Virus record (IMG/VR): IMGVR_UViG_3300011442_000012
Location: 1-51,165 of that record
Length of the DNA: 51,165 nt
Strand: one strand, 5' to 3'
Origin: a virus
Lineage: Duplodnaviria > Caudoviricetes
Shown here: positions 17,679 to 27,320 of the stretch, piece by piece
Layout of the letters: every line of letters begins with the position of its first letter
Numbering within the stretch: position 1 is the stretch's first letter
Notes under the pieces: generated by a model
What the model saw: only the letters and a program-made list of their open reading frames with translations
What the model was told of the DNA's origin: nothing
Database searches by the model: none
Translations under genes and position numbers: made by a program

Positions 17679-19871
17679 GTGGCGAAAACTTCTAAGTTCC
17701 TCGAACCCTTTGAGGCTCACGGTGTCGAGTTTACCGGAGAGCGGGGTGACCAACGATTTGGCACCTGTCCCTTTACAGGCAAGGCGGAAAAGTTCTATGT
17801 GAATGCTTCGAACGGTCTCTGGGATTCCAAGACCGCCGGACTCTCTGGAAACATCCCACAATTCTTGAATCAGATTTCCAAACAGTACCAAACGGGATTG
17901 ACCAACCCACTCCTCGAACGGCTGGCCGAAGATCGCGGCCTCCCGGTGCAGGCTTTCAAGGACTGGCATATCGGATGGGACGGTCGGCAGTATTCGATCC
18001 CGGTTCGAAACTTCTCGGGCGATGTGGTAGACATCCGCATGTTCAAACTCGGCCAACACCCCATGTCCACGAAAGGATGCCCGGTGGGATTGCTTGGCTC
18101 GGATGGCATGGCCAGCCGGAAGCAAGACCCGATCTACTTGTTTGAAGGGGAATGGGACACGATCGCCGCTCGGTATCTGATGGGCAAGGTGGGCGTGAAG
18201 GGTGTGGCCGTCGGTGTCCCCGGAGCCGGCATCTTCAAACCAGAATGGGTGAACTGGTTCATGGGCCGTGTCGTGCACACGCACTACGACAAGGATTACG
18301 CCGGAGAGATCGGAGAACAAGTTATCGAGAAACGATTGAGTGGTATCGCACGAAGCGTCACGTACGTGCATTGGCCGGAAGATCTCCCGGACGGCTTCGA
18401 TGTCCGAGACTGGATCATGTACGGACTGGAGAAGCGCACCCCGAAAAAGTCATGGTCCCGGTTGGAAGGCCTCTACCAGAGCAAGCCACGCATCAAGGAG
18501 CTTCCACCGCTCAAGCCAGAAACGATTATCCTTCACCGCAAGAAGGTGAAAGGAAAAATGAAGCTCGTGTGGAAGAAGCCACCGACACTGGTGGACGTCC
18601 ATGATGTGTTTCAAAAGTGGCTGTATCTGGACAACACGAACGGGATTGATGTGATGCTGGCCACCATGTTGTCCACCCGGTTAGAAGGTCCGCCGGTGTG
18701 GCTCTTCCTTGTCGGTCCTCCCGGCTCGGCCAAGACCGCTATTCTCTCTGCACTCAACGATCTGTCTGAAGATATTTACACCATGAGTACGTTGACACCG
18801 CACTCGTTGATCTCTGGTGCAAACTTCCAAGGCATGAAGGGCGATCCGAGCTTGATCCCGAGGCTCGACGGCAAGACCCTCGTGGTGAAAGACTTCACCG
18901 CGATCCTCGGCCAGAAGGATCAGGAGAAGGAGGAAATCTTTTCGATCCTCCGGGATGCGTATGATGGACAATGCGGCAAGATGTTTGGAAACGGCGTGGA
19001 GCGGAATTACAAGAGTCGGTTCACGATCTTGGCTGCCGTGACCCCGATGATCTACGATCTTGGCTATCGCCATGCGCAACTCGGAGAACGCTTCCTGAAA
19101 TACAGCATGGCCGATAACTTGAATCATCCGGACGAGTACGCGATCATCGCGCGCGCGATCGAGAACACGGACCGAGAAAGTAAGATGCAGAAAGAGATGC
19201 GCGATGTGGTCCGGGAGTTTGTAAACCGCTCGTTGAAAGGAACAATCCTCCCCACGCTCCCGGAGGCACTGAAGGATAAAATCATCTGGCTCGGTCGCTT
19301 CGGCGCTCGGCTCCGAGGAACGGTTTCTCGGGATACTTTCAAGAACGATATCATCACGTCCAGGCCCACGGCCGAAGTCGGAAGCCGGTTGGGCATCCAG
19401 CTGGCGAAACTCTGCCGATCGCTCGCCATGTTGCACAAACGCGAGCAGGTGAACGAAGAAGATTACCGAATCGTAAAAAAGGTCATGCTCGATACGGTGA
19501 TGCAACGGACCGAGGACATCCTACGTTTCCTTTACCTGTCTGGAGAAACATCGCCCATCTCAACCAAAGACCTGGCACGCGAGACCCGCTATCCCGTGGC
19601 CACCGTGTTGCGGCTGCTGCAAGATCTTCACGTGCTCGACATCGTGGTCCGGACAGGCACTAGCTATAAGCACCGATGGCAGGTATCGCCCTACGTACGT
19701 GAATGCATTTTGAAAAGCGGCATGTACCTCAGTACCGAAGAAGTCCGGCGTCCGACCGGATTGCAAATTCGTATCAGCCAACGCGCCATGCGACGTCACA
19801 AGAAAAAGAAAAAGTTCACACTGGCGCTCGTGGCACCGGCTTCCACTCCGGCCACGGTCAAGGCCGGGTAA
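17679..19871 (+). CDS. primase-helicase (TOPRIM + AAA+/MCM-like ATPase + wHTH)
   Basis: FEGEWD, YDKDYAG, DVRDW, then Walker A GPPGSAKT, LVVKDF, ERF and a C-terminal wHTH. GTG start after gagg. Confidence 0.85.
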   Translation: MAKTSKFLEPFEAHGVEFTGERGDQRFGTCPFTGKAEKFYVNASNGLWDSKTAGLSGNIPQFLNQISKQYQTGLTNPLLERLAEDRGLPVQAFKDWHIGWDGRQYSIPVRNFSGDVVDIRMFKLGQHPMSTKGCPVGLLGSDGMASRKQDPIYLFEGEWDTIAARYLMGKVGVKGVAVGVPGAGIFKPEWVNWFMGRVVHTHYDKDYAGEIGEQVIEKRLSGIARSVTYVHWPEDLPDGFDVRDWIMYGLEKRTPKKSWSRLEGLYQSKPRIKELPPLKPETIILHRKKVKGKMKLVWKKPPTLVDVHDVFQKWLYLDNTNGIDVMLATMLSTRLEGPPVWLFLVGPPGSAKTAILSALNDLSEDIYTMSTLTPHSLISGANFQGMKGDPSLIPRLDGKTLVVKDFTAILGQKDQEKEEIFSILRDAYDGQCGKMFGNGVERNYKSRFTILAAVTPMIYDLGYRHAQLGERFLKYSMADNLNHPDEYAIIARAIENTDRESKMQKEMRDVVREFVNRSLKGTILPTLPEALKDKIIWLGRFGARLRGTVSRDTFKNDIITSRPTAEVGSRLGIQLAKLCRSLAMLHKREQVNEEDYRIVKKVMLDTVMQRTEDILRFLYLSGETSPISTKDLARETRYPVATVLRLLQDLHVLDIVVRTGTSYKHRWQVSPYVRECILKSGMYLSTEEVRRPTGLQIRISQRAMRRHKKKKKFTLALVAPASTPATVKAG

Positions 19872-19892
19872 TCGCTCCGCTCTTCTTCCTCT

Positions 19893-19943
19893 TCTCAGGC
19901 CTCCGGCCGGGGATCTCAGGCCTCCGGCTTGAGGCCTCCAGCC
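19893..19943. repeat. tandem direct repeats at the convergence of the two arms
   Basis: tctcaggcctccggc at 19893 and 19914, degenerate third copy at 19931. Confidence 0.7.
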
Positions 19944-20293
19944 GGGGAGCTTAACCCACCCCTCCGGGGAGCCTCGGAACCGACCTCAACTTAGCCCACC
20001 TTTTCGACCCCTAACCTATTGAATCTAAAGGGCGTGGTTACGCGTGGTTCTAAACGTGGGCGTCCCAGCACACGCGGCTCCTCGGGAACGTGGCAACTAG
20101 CCCATGTTCCGTGGAGATTTCCGGCCTTCCGGGGAACGCCGCTCCCGCTAGCTGGAATTCGTTTGGCTTCCCGGCTCGCTGGCGTGGCCTTGGAGGCCTC
20201 CGGGTAGGAGCCTATATATAGAGGATAGGGGAACGAAGAGGAGGAGGGAGGCCGGAGAGCAGCCATGCGGGCCGCTCTCCAGCTGCGAAAACG

Positions 20294-20749
20294 CTACGGC
20301 TGCTCTTCCGGTGTTCCGAGACTGATCGAGATCCCGGTCGCCACGCCACCGGTGATCTGAAAATCTTCCGAGGCACGAATGGCACTCACGCCATCGCCGA
20401 GATCCGCATCAGCTTCGAACACGAGCGATGCGGCACCGGGAAGATTCGCCTTCACCAACGCCTTCAGCGGATTCGTCGGATCGGTATCGTCCGGCTCGAC
20501 CGTGATGACGTTCGTGTCGGTTGAACGGAAAACCGGATCCTGCACGGAGGCCGGTCCGCCCTTCTTGTCGGTGATGGTTACAGAAACCCGAATCTGCTGC
20601 GTGTCGGTCATCTGCTTCATGATAGAATCTCTCCGTGGTCCTGATGGGATGACTTGCTCTTCGGCTGGACCAAAACTCCAGAGCAAGATGAACTCTCGGA
20701 CGCATGGCCGACAGTTCACGTGTACGTGCAAATGCTCGATCGCGATCAT
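20294..20749 (-). CDS. Ig-like domain protein
   Basis: VSVTITDKKG.P....P.FRSTDTNVITV...PGAASL. Alternative start at 20620 with a ggag RBS. Confidence 0.55.
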   Translation of the reverse strand: MIAIEHLHVHVNCRPCVREFILLWSFGPAEEQVIPSGPRRDSIMKQMTDTQQIRVSVTITDKKGGPASVQDPVFRSTDTNVITVEPDDTDPTNPLKALVKANLPGAASLVFEADADLGDGVSAIRASEDFQITGGVATGISISLGTPEEQP

Positions 20750-20883
20750 TACTTTCCCTTGTGCTTGAAATACTCGACCTGATGCAATCGCTGCACGGCC
20801 GCTTTGTGCGAGAGATTCGGTTTGCTCAGGTTCTTGCCGGCAGAACTTTTGACCTGCCAGCCTTTTGCAGTCTTGCGAATCAT
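20749..20883 (-). CDS. small basic phage protein
   Basis: MIRKTAKGWQVKSSAGKNL...RLHQVEYFK. RBS gaggg, TAATG coupling. Confidence 0.6.
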   Translation of the reverse strand: MIRKTAKGWQVKSSAGKNLSKPNLSHKAAVQRLHQVEYFKHKGK

Positions 20884-20894
20884 GGATCCCTCTT

Positions 20895-21224
20895 CTACTG
20901 AACCGTAACCGATCGAGCCAGTGTCGTAGCGTTTTCGCAAGCATTGCGGTCTCGAGCCGCGACCACGAGGTTGTACATGCCCGGAATACGGGGAACCGAA
21001 AACGCGAACGCACGGATGCTACGGAGTTCTTCGCCAAGCACTTCACCAACCACCTGCGTATCGAACTTCACTTGTAGTCGGGTCAGAGCCTGCGGACTCT
21101 GGAGCAAGAGCCGGACTTCACCTTGTGTGCCTACGGGTACCACTCGGGTCCAGTCCTGAATACTGAGGATTATTTGACTGACAATCCCGTCGGTGCAGAG
21201 GGTGGTCCCGGAAAACCAAAAGGG
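20895..21224 (-). CDS. startless Ig-like frame, predicted -1 frameshift extension of 21170..21619
   Basis: Slippery C CCT TTT at 21224-21218. The -1 frame ends PGMYNLVVAARD...SVTVQ. Confidence 0.6.
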   Translation of the reverse strand, partial: PFWFSGTTLCTDGIVSQIILSIQDWTRVVPVGTQGEVRLLLQSPQALTRLQVKFDTQVVGEVLGEELRSIRAFAFSVPRIPGMYNLVVAARDRNACENATTLARSVTVQ

Positions 21225-21619
21225 CCAGCAAAGTTCGACGGTGGAGACACCATCCCTCCAGATGCGATCGCTCGGAGATACGCAAAGTACTGCACACCGG
21301 GGAGCAGTCCCGGGATCCCAGAGATTAGCGGACCAATGTAGAGGCCCGCACCGTCCGGTGTCGGCTTTCTGAAATCTGACGTCACGATGGGCGTACCGGA
21401 CGGCTCCGGGCAATCCACCGGTGTTCCCGAACATGTCACGGCAGATTTCAAATAAAATTCGGCTCGGAAACTCTGGAGGGTGACCAGTGGATTACTGGCG
21501 TCCCAGTTCCATCCGAGCTGATTCGCGGTGGTGAGGATGAGTGTCGGTGGTGCTTGCGCGTAGATCTTCGTTGGGCAGGCACAGAAGAGTAGCAGAGCCA
21601 GATACCAGATACGATGCAT
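21170..21619 (-). CDS. signal-peptide protein with FN3-like domain
   Basis: N-terminal signal peptide. LGWNW...GLLPGVQY...RA...S.PSN...PSAPTGLSV. Confidence 0.6.
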   Translation of the reverse strand: MHRIWYLALLLFCACPTKIYAQAPPTLILTTANQLGWNWDASNPLVTLQSFRAEFYLKSAVTCSGTPVDCPEPSGTPIVTSDFRKPTPDGAGLYIGPLISGIPGLLPGVQYFAYLRAIASGGMVSPPSNFAGPFGFPGPPSAPTGLSVK

Positions 21620-21633
21620 TTGGATTCCCCTGA

Positions 21634-22890
21634 TTAGCAGACGAGGGACTCAGGTGCTCCAGCGTCCACGAATTCCTGACGCCACTGAGCAATGACCGTG
21701 GGCGATGTCGTTCGCACACCACCGTAGAGGCCGTATTCGAATACACGGTGTACGTATTCCTCACCGTCTTCGTTAGCGGATTTCAACACGAACTCTGGAG
21801 CCGGGTCGTGCGCTTCCGGGTAGAGGGGATCTCCGGGAACGTCGTGCTGCTTTTGTTCTGGTGGCACAATGTACAGCGGACCGAGATAGCGTGCCATGAT
21901 CTGCCAGAAGTCCCCGGTGAGAAACTGACCGTCGTTGTATTCCGAGAGGATGAGCGCGTATGCTGACATCGCGCCACCCGGCTGGTAATTCCCGCCACCT
22001 TCTCCACAGAGCAGGTAACCTACCCCACCCTCGATGCCGGGATACTTGAAGCCAGCCGCACGAGCCGTCAACGAGAACTGACGGATCTGTGGAGGATTGT
22101 ATCCGGTACCCGATGAAGGATTCGGTTTGTGCCATACGCCGTCGTATCCGGGAATGGGCACGACGAACTGACGGACGTCTCCGCTCGGATGTGCCCCGAA
22201 CACGGAGCCAGCATCCTGTACTTGCGCGATTGCAATGGGGTAGCCATTCTGCCCGTCATCGCCACCAAGGAAGAGCCACACACCCTTGAATCCGTAGCTG
22301 ACAGCGAAGCAAATGACGTCAGCAATCTCCCGCATCGATGGATTGATGGCCGGAAACTTGTCGGCCGAGTAGAACTGATTCGGCTCGTCGTACAAGGCTC
22401 GGCCAGACGGCACCTCAATATCGAGGATCTCTATCCCTTGCGAAATCAATTGCTCGGCTGCGGAGCGACGTTCATCTTCCGTCAGCCACATCCAGCACGC
22501 ACCCCACCATGGCATGTCGCCGAACCGAGGCAACGTCACCACGAGGCCTTGAAACTTGAACCGACCCTTGAGCAGCTGCGTACGCGAGGGTGGAGCCGGG
22601 AGCATGGGCACGGGACCGGGGATCGGACCAGGACCGGGATTGATATGCGGCAACCCGTACACGTCTCGGTACTCGTTCAGATGTTTGTCTCTGGAGAGAG
22701 GCCACGGCAGACCGCCCATGTAGAAATCCCAGTCGGCGCGTTGAGCCTGCACAGAGATCATCCCCGGATCGTACGGGATGTTGGCTCCGGTATGTAACTG
22801 CCTGTAAAGCTCGTTCGCGGTGTTGATGCCCGTACCAAATTCAATGGCTCGGGCATCGTTGTCGTATGGGACGAATGGAACCGTATTCAC
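21634..22890 (-). CDS. unknown protein in the lysis position, possibly glycoside-hydrolase-like
   Basis: RBS aaggaggag. Follows holin-like genes. Pro-rich linker followed by an alpha/beta domain. Confidence 0.4.
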   Translation of the reverse strand: MNTVPFVPYDNDARAIEFGTGINTANELYRQLHTGANIPYDPGMISVQAQRADWDFYMGGLPWPLSRDKHLNEYRDVYGLPHINPGPGPIPGPVPMLPAPPSRTQLLKGRFKFQGLVVTLPRFGDMPWWGACWMWLTEDERRSAAEQLISQGIEILDIEVPSGRALYDEPNQFYSADKFPAINPSMREIADVICFAVSYGFKGVWLFLGGDDGQNGYPIAIAQVQDAGSVFGAHPSGDVRQFVVPIPGYDGVWHKPNPSSGTGYNPPQIRQFSLTARAAGFKYPGIEGGVGYLLCGEGGGNYQPGGAMSAYALILSEYNDGQFLTGDFWQIMARYLGPLYIVPPEQKQHDVPGDPLYPEAHDPAPEFVLKSANEDGEEYVHRVFEYGLYGGVRTTSPTVIAQWRQEFVDAGAPESLVC

Positions 22891-22916
22891 GTGCTCCTCC
22901 TTCTACAAAAGCGAAT

Positions 22917-23105
22917 TTATTTCACCGGGGTGACACGTCCACGCGCGAGAAAGACCAGAACAGCCGTGCTGAACGAATTGACGGCCACCACCTGCTCTGG
23001 AGTGAGTGGATGCCAGAAGGAACCGTAGAGGAGCATGGCGCCATTGACAATACCGATGCCTCCTCCGACAAAGGTGACAACCGGTTCGCTTTGTATGGGA
23101 TTCAC
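22917..23105 (-). CDS. holin-like two-TM protein
   Basis: EPV..., LTPEQ turn, ARGRVTPVK end, two hydrophobic segments. Confidence 0.6.
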   Translation of the reverse strand: MNPIQSEPVVTFVGGGIGIVNGAMLLYGSFWHPLTPEQVVAVNSFSTAVLVFLARGRVTPVK

Positions 23106-23108
23106 GGC

Positions 23109-23594
23109 TTATCCTTTCGCAATAACACGAATGATGGCGATAATGGTGGCGACGATCCCACCGGCTCCGACCCACTTCAAGATCCCAAGGACGGTATCCA
23201 CGTTCGATTGCCACTGCTTGAGTTCGCCGTGGATGACTTCATGCCGACCAATCTTCTCCAGAGCTTCGGAACAGGATGCATCCACCGAACGAATCTGATC
23301 CGCGAGTAACCGCGTCGCGGGCGACTTGTTCACGTCCTGCGAGATGTCGAGGAGTTGAGCCGCTAAGTGATCGAACTTTTCGATCTGCAATTCTTGGCCT
23401 CGCTCCAGACCCTTGAATCGAGCCTCGAATAACTCTTTCAAATGACCCTGCTCAATCTTCACGATATTCACACTGGACTCCAGTGCCGTGAATTTTGTCG
23501 CCAGTTCACTCGATGCTCGTTCGGCTGTATCGAGCCGTGAATACAACACACGATCTCGATCATCCGCACGACGCAGTTGCTGTGCTTCGTCCAT
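23109..23594 (-). CDS. coiled-coil protein with C-terminal TM helix
   Basis: Heptads, then ILKWVGAGGIVATIIAII. Confidence 0.6.
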   Translation of the reverse strand: MDEAQQLRRADDRDRVLYSRLDTAERASSELATKFTALESSVNIVKIEQGHLKELFEARFKGLERGQELQIEKFDHLAAQLLDISQDVNKSPATRLLADQIRSVDASCSEALEKIGRHEVIHGELKQWQSNVDTVLGILKWVGAGGIVATIIAIIRVIAKG

Positions 23595-23603
23595 TGGGTC
23601 TCC

Positions 23604-26600
23604 CTAATTCGATTCGACGTAGAAGGATTCGATATCGAGTGTGGCCGCGGTACTCGGAACCGTAACACCTTGACTCATGATATCGTGGAAGAGATTGATC
23701 CCACTGACAATGTTTGTGGTGACCGTACTACGGAATGTTCCTCCCGAGAAATTCATGGTGGCAACAATTGCCGTGGCCGAGCATTCGAGTTTGACCGTAT
23801 AGATCGTATTCCGTAGAGCGTTACAGAATACCTCACCAACTGTCGTGGTGGGACCTACGACCATTAGTCGCCAACCCGCATCTCCAGCAATACTAGAGTA
23901 CCGGAGATACACACCACGTTGCGATGTGTTGCTCGGAGTATCGGTGTTGATCCCTCCTAATTCATTGAACCCAAGAAGATACCGAGCCGCAAAGGTAGCG
24001 CCACCGGTACGGAAACGGCCGAAGAAAATCGGATTGAGTTCGAACCGCGTGAAGGGAAACGACGCTGTGGTTTGAGCTTGCGATCCGGCACTGGAGGTTT
24101 GACGGAACCAGATTCCATCCGAATCCGTGATCAGGGAGCCACCGGTAATTGTTCCTGCTGTCTGACCAACCGTCACCAGAGCCGCTTGACCAGCACAGTG
24201 CAACCACATCACCCGCTTACCCGCAGCTGCCGAACCAGCGGGGATCGGAATGGATACACCGGTCGTACTGCCAACGTCGTCTACAGCCGCTTCCACAATC
24301 CCGGCTGCTGGAGCCGGATTGAATCCGGATTGGCCTCCACCGACAATCCCTAGAGCCAGTAGAAAGTTATTCAGGTCATACCGTATCGAAGATGCCGTAA
24401 TGGTGTAGCGGGGAGTGAGTTCCGGTGAGTCGTCCTGGATCTGATCAATCTCCACGCTTTGGATCAGGAAATCCCCGAAGCACGGAGGATTAGACAAGTC
24501 AACATGTACCGTGGCGCCGACTCGAGACTTGATATCTCTGGTAGAATATCGAATTGTCGTGATCGGATTACTGAAGGTACGAATCTCTGCATGGGCTCGA
24601 AAGTACACCTGTTGAGCCGTAGCGAGGCTCGTATCGTTTACGACGAATTCGTGAATACCATCGGTTGGGCGTCCACTGGTGGGATCGAGTTCGATCAACC
24701 CTCTCGCCCGCTGGGACTTCAGATCATCAACTTGGAAATAGTATTGCACACTCGTACCGGCCGGAATTGCCGCCGTAAGTGCTTGGCTGAGAAGAAGAAA
24801 GTTACCACTCGGCAGAGCCGACGTCGAAAAGAAATTCAGGAGCACCCCGTTCCCGGTCATGACCACGCCACCATTTACCGAGAACACACTAGAGTCGGAT
24901 ACCTCAATCTGCGAAGATCCAATCACACCCGGAGCCGCTAAGGTCGTTCCGGCTCCATAGACTTTCACCCGATTCCGCAACTGAGAAATATCCTCCGAGG
25001 AACTGAATCCAGTTCCAGCTGGCGTTCGAAGCATGGACGTGTTGAGGTCATCAATATCATCTGGAGGAGTAAAGTTCTCCAGATACGGGCCATCTTCATT
25101 CGGCCAACGCAGAGTAGGTTCATCCGTGCCCGGTGGGATTTGCGGCTGGTCTCCGAAATCCGGATTCACCGGAGGAATCGGAATGGTCGTGTCAATCGGA
25201 TTGCCGGTTGTCGGATCTAACGGATTGTGCGTAGTCGGTGATAATGCTCGATGATAGGGTACGCTGCCCACGAGGCTGTATCCACTGTCGTCATTCAGAC
25301 CTCGGACTTCTACGAAATTATCGGCACCTACTCCTCCTTGAGTAACCACCACGCGCTTCCACAAAGACGCGTAGATGTTGAAGAGGATCGGTGATCGTCC
25401 GTTGATATCAGGAAAGATGGCTCCACCGGCGTCAAGTGCTTGCGGAATCCACGCATCAAAACCCCGGCTCCGAAACACAGTACCGTCAGGATACGTAAAG
25501 GAAATTTGCGCACCACCGGTACCGATGGCCACTTCTCCCCAGTACACCGGGTTTGAGGGTTGACCCGCAGCGGTTTCCGTACCGTCCTGGTACGTGGCCG
25601 ACATCTTGAACTGCCAGATGCCCGCAGTCGCCGCACCGGTCAAGTGGAAACCATTTGCAAAACTTCCAGCATCCACACCGGAGATGTTGCCAGCAATCAA
25701 CAGGCCGTGACCCGAGCCGGAGATCTGCTGCACCATCGGGATACCGAAGTCTCCCGCTCCCGGCATGGGCACCTGCGGAGTCGTGCCAATGCCTCCACCA
25801 TCATCAATTGTAACCGGATCGCCCACATCCACCGTGACCGTGGGTGTGTCCACCTGCGTCAAATCGGGCGTGACCTCAATATCCGTAGTAACGTTGTCGT
25901 TAACGGTCCACCCACTCGCCAGATCTTCATTGCCTCGGAGGAAATAGATTTTTCGCTTGACGCACGTAATCGTACCAGAGGGATTTGCACCGATCGGTAG
26001 CGAACCGATGTGCATGAAGTTCGCTCCGCTGTACGGGAACACGTTCGAGGCCGGACCCAACCGGGATTCCGTACCATTGGAGTAAATAAATGAACATCGA
26101 ACTGCGTAGTATCCTGTCTGGAAGTGTACTGTAGAATTGAGTGCGGCTCCAGTTGAAAGCCGTGCCGGAGTAAAGTCGGCTCCTCCTCCCGTAGTAATTG
26201 GAATGATGATATCGTCTGGAATCGGTGGGTGGAAAAAGTGCAGTACCCGGCTGTAGTCAAGATACCAACGTCCGCCACCAATGGCTTGCGCCAGCACATC
26301 CAAACATTCTGAGAGCGTGCGTGTACCGTCGAAACTAATCGTAAGGAGACCGAGCTTTGTCTGCACGTATGCTGTGCTGAATCCCGGTGCGTACTTACCC
26401 ATCAGGTCGAGCACGATTTCTGACACCGAGACATTCGTGTACGTCCCGAAGGGTCTTCGACGATTTAGAAAAAAGGTATAGTCTACGAGGGAGCAGGCCC
26501 ACGCGATCTGATCGATACGGTCTTCGTAGATCTGCTCGACGGTTTGCACAATGCCACCGAAGAGTACGCGACTCGTGAACTCGTCGGTGATATGGATTTC

Positions 26601-27311
26601 TTCTCCGGCTACTGGACGATTGCTACGTCCGTCCACCGTGATCCCGGCTCGGTTCGCTTGGCTCCCCATGGCCTCACTGACCGTGATACCCGGCTGTCGA
26701 CGAATGTCATTCGCACGCGTAAGTTCGGTGTATTGGAATCCGTTCGTCAGGGTGGCGGTAGCCCCACCTGACTCGGTCATGATTACGTCCACCGTACCGA
26801 CGGCATGCGGAGGAGCCGTGACCGCGTAATGACTATCGTCGATAAAGGTTACTCCAGAAGCCGCGACCCCACCAAAGGTAAAAGTGGATCCGGTTTGGAA
26901 TGAACTTCCTTCGATGACAACGGCTCCTCCTGCCAGAGACATGTACCCCGGTTTTACCGCCGTGATGGATCCACCGTAGTACAAAAAGCCTTGAGGAAGG
27001 GTTCCCACTTCTCCATTGATCGTTACCGTGATATCAACGGTTCCGAATACCAAGCCGACAGGAATCGTACAGGTGAGCGTGAACGCGTCCACGATCACTA
27101 CCGACGCTGCGGTCACGGTGCCGAACTTCACCGTGGGTAGAGTCCCATCCCCGAGCGTGCGAAAGTTCGTTCCAAGAATCGTCGCTGTCGCACCACCCGG
27201 GATCCGTGATGACGAAGGTGAGATCGACCGGACGGTCGGAGCGGTAGTGAATCCGGCAATCGCCTTCCGGAGATATGGTCTGAACTTAAACAGTGAAATG
27301 GGATTCGACAT
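23604..27311 (-). CDS. large tail-tip/receptor-binding protein with N-terminal IPT/TIG domains
   Basis: Two IPT repeats (PTVRSISP..GG.T.TI.GTNF), hub-like region (LAQAIGGGRWYLDY..LHF; LRNRVKVYG), downstream of the tape measure gene. Confidence 0.8.
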   Translation of the reverse strand: MSNPISLFKFRPYLRKAIAGFTTAPTVRSISPSSSRIPGGATATILGTNFRTLGDGTLPTVKFGTVTAASVVIVDAFTLTCTIPVGLVFGTVDITVTINGEVGTLPQGFLYYGGSITAVKPGYMSLAGGAVVIEGSSFQTGSTFTFGGVAASGVTFIDDSHYAVTAPPHAVGTVDVIMTESGGATATLTNGFQYTELTRANDIRRQPGITVSEAMGSQANRAGITVDGRSNRPVAGEEIHITDEFTSRVLFGGIVQTVEQIYEDRIDQIAWACSLVDYTFFLNRRRPFGTYTNVSVSEIVLDLMGKYAPGFSTAYVQTKLGLLTISFDGTRTLSECLDVLAQAIGGGRWYLDYSRVLHFFHPPIPDDIIIPITTGGGADFTPARLSTGAALNSTVHFQTGYYAVRCSFIYSNGTESRLGPASNVFPYSGANFMHIGSLPIGANPSGTITCVKRKIYFLRGNEDLASGWTVNDNVTTDIEVTPDLTQVDTPTVTVDVGDPVTIDDGGGIGTTPQVPMPGAGDFGIPMVQQISGSGHGLLIAGNISGVDAGSFANGFHLTGAATAGIWQFKMSATYQDGTETAAGQPSNPVYWGEVAIGTGGAQISFTYPDGTVFRSRGFDAWIPQALDAGGAIFPDINGRSPILFNIYASLWKRVVVTQGGVGADNFVEVRGLNDDSGYSLVGSVPYHRALSPTTHNPLDPTTGNPIDTTIPIPPVNPDFGDQPQIPPGTDEPTLRWPNEDGPYLENFTPPDDIDDLNTSMLRTPAGTGFSSSEDISQLRNRVKVYGAGTTLAAPGVIGSSQIEVSDSSVFSVNGGVVMTGNGVLLNFFSTSALPSGNFLLLSQALTAAIPAGTSVQYYFQVDDLKSQRARGLIELDPTSGRPTDGIHEFVVNDTSLATAQQVYFRAHAEIRTFSNPITTIRYSTRDIKSRVGATVHVDLSNPPCFGDFLIQSVEIDQIQDDSPELTPRYTITASSIRYDLNNFLLALGIVGGGQSGFNPAPAAGIVEAAVDDVGSTTGVSIPIPAGSAAAGKRVMWLHCAGQAALVTVGQTAGTITGGSLITDSDGIWFRQTSSAGSQAQTTASFPFTRFELNPIFFGRFRTGGATFAARYLLGFNELGGINTDTPSNTSQRGVYLRYSSIAGDAGWRLMVVGPTTTVGEVFCNALRNTIYTVKLECSATAIVATMNFSGGTFRSTVTTNIVSGINLFHDIMSQGVTVPSTAATLDIESFYVESN

Positions 27312-27320
27312 GTCAGCAGT

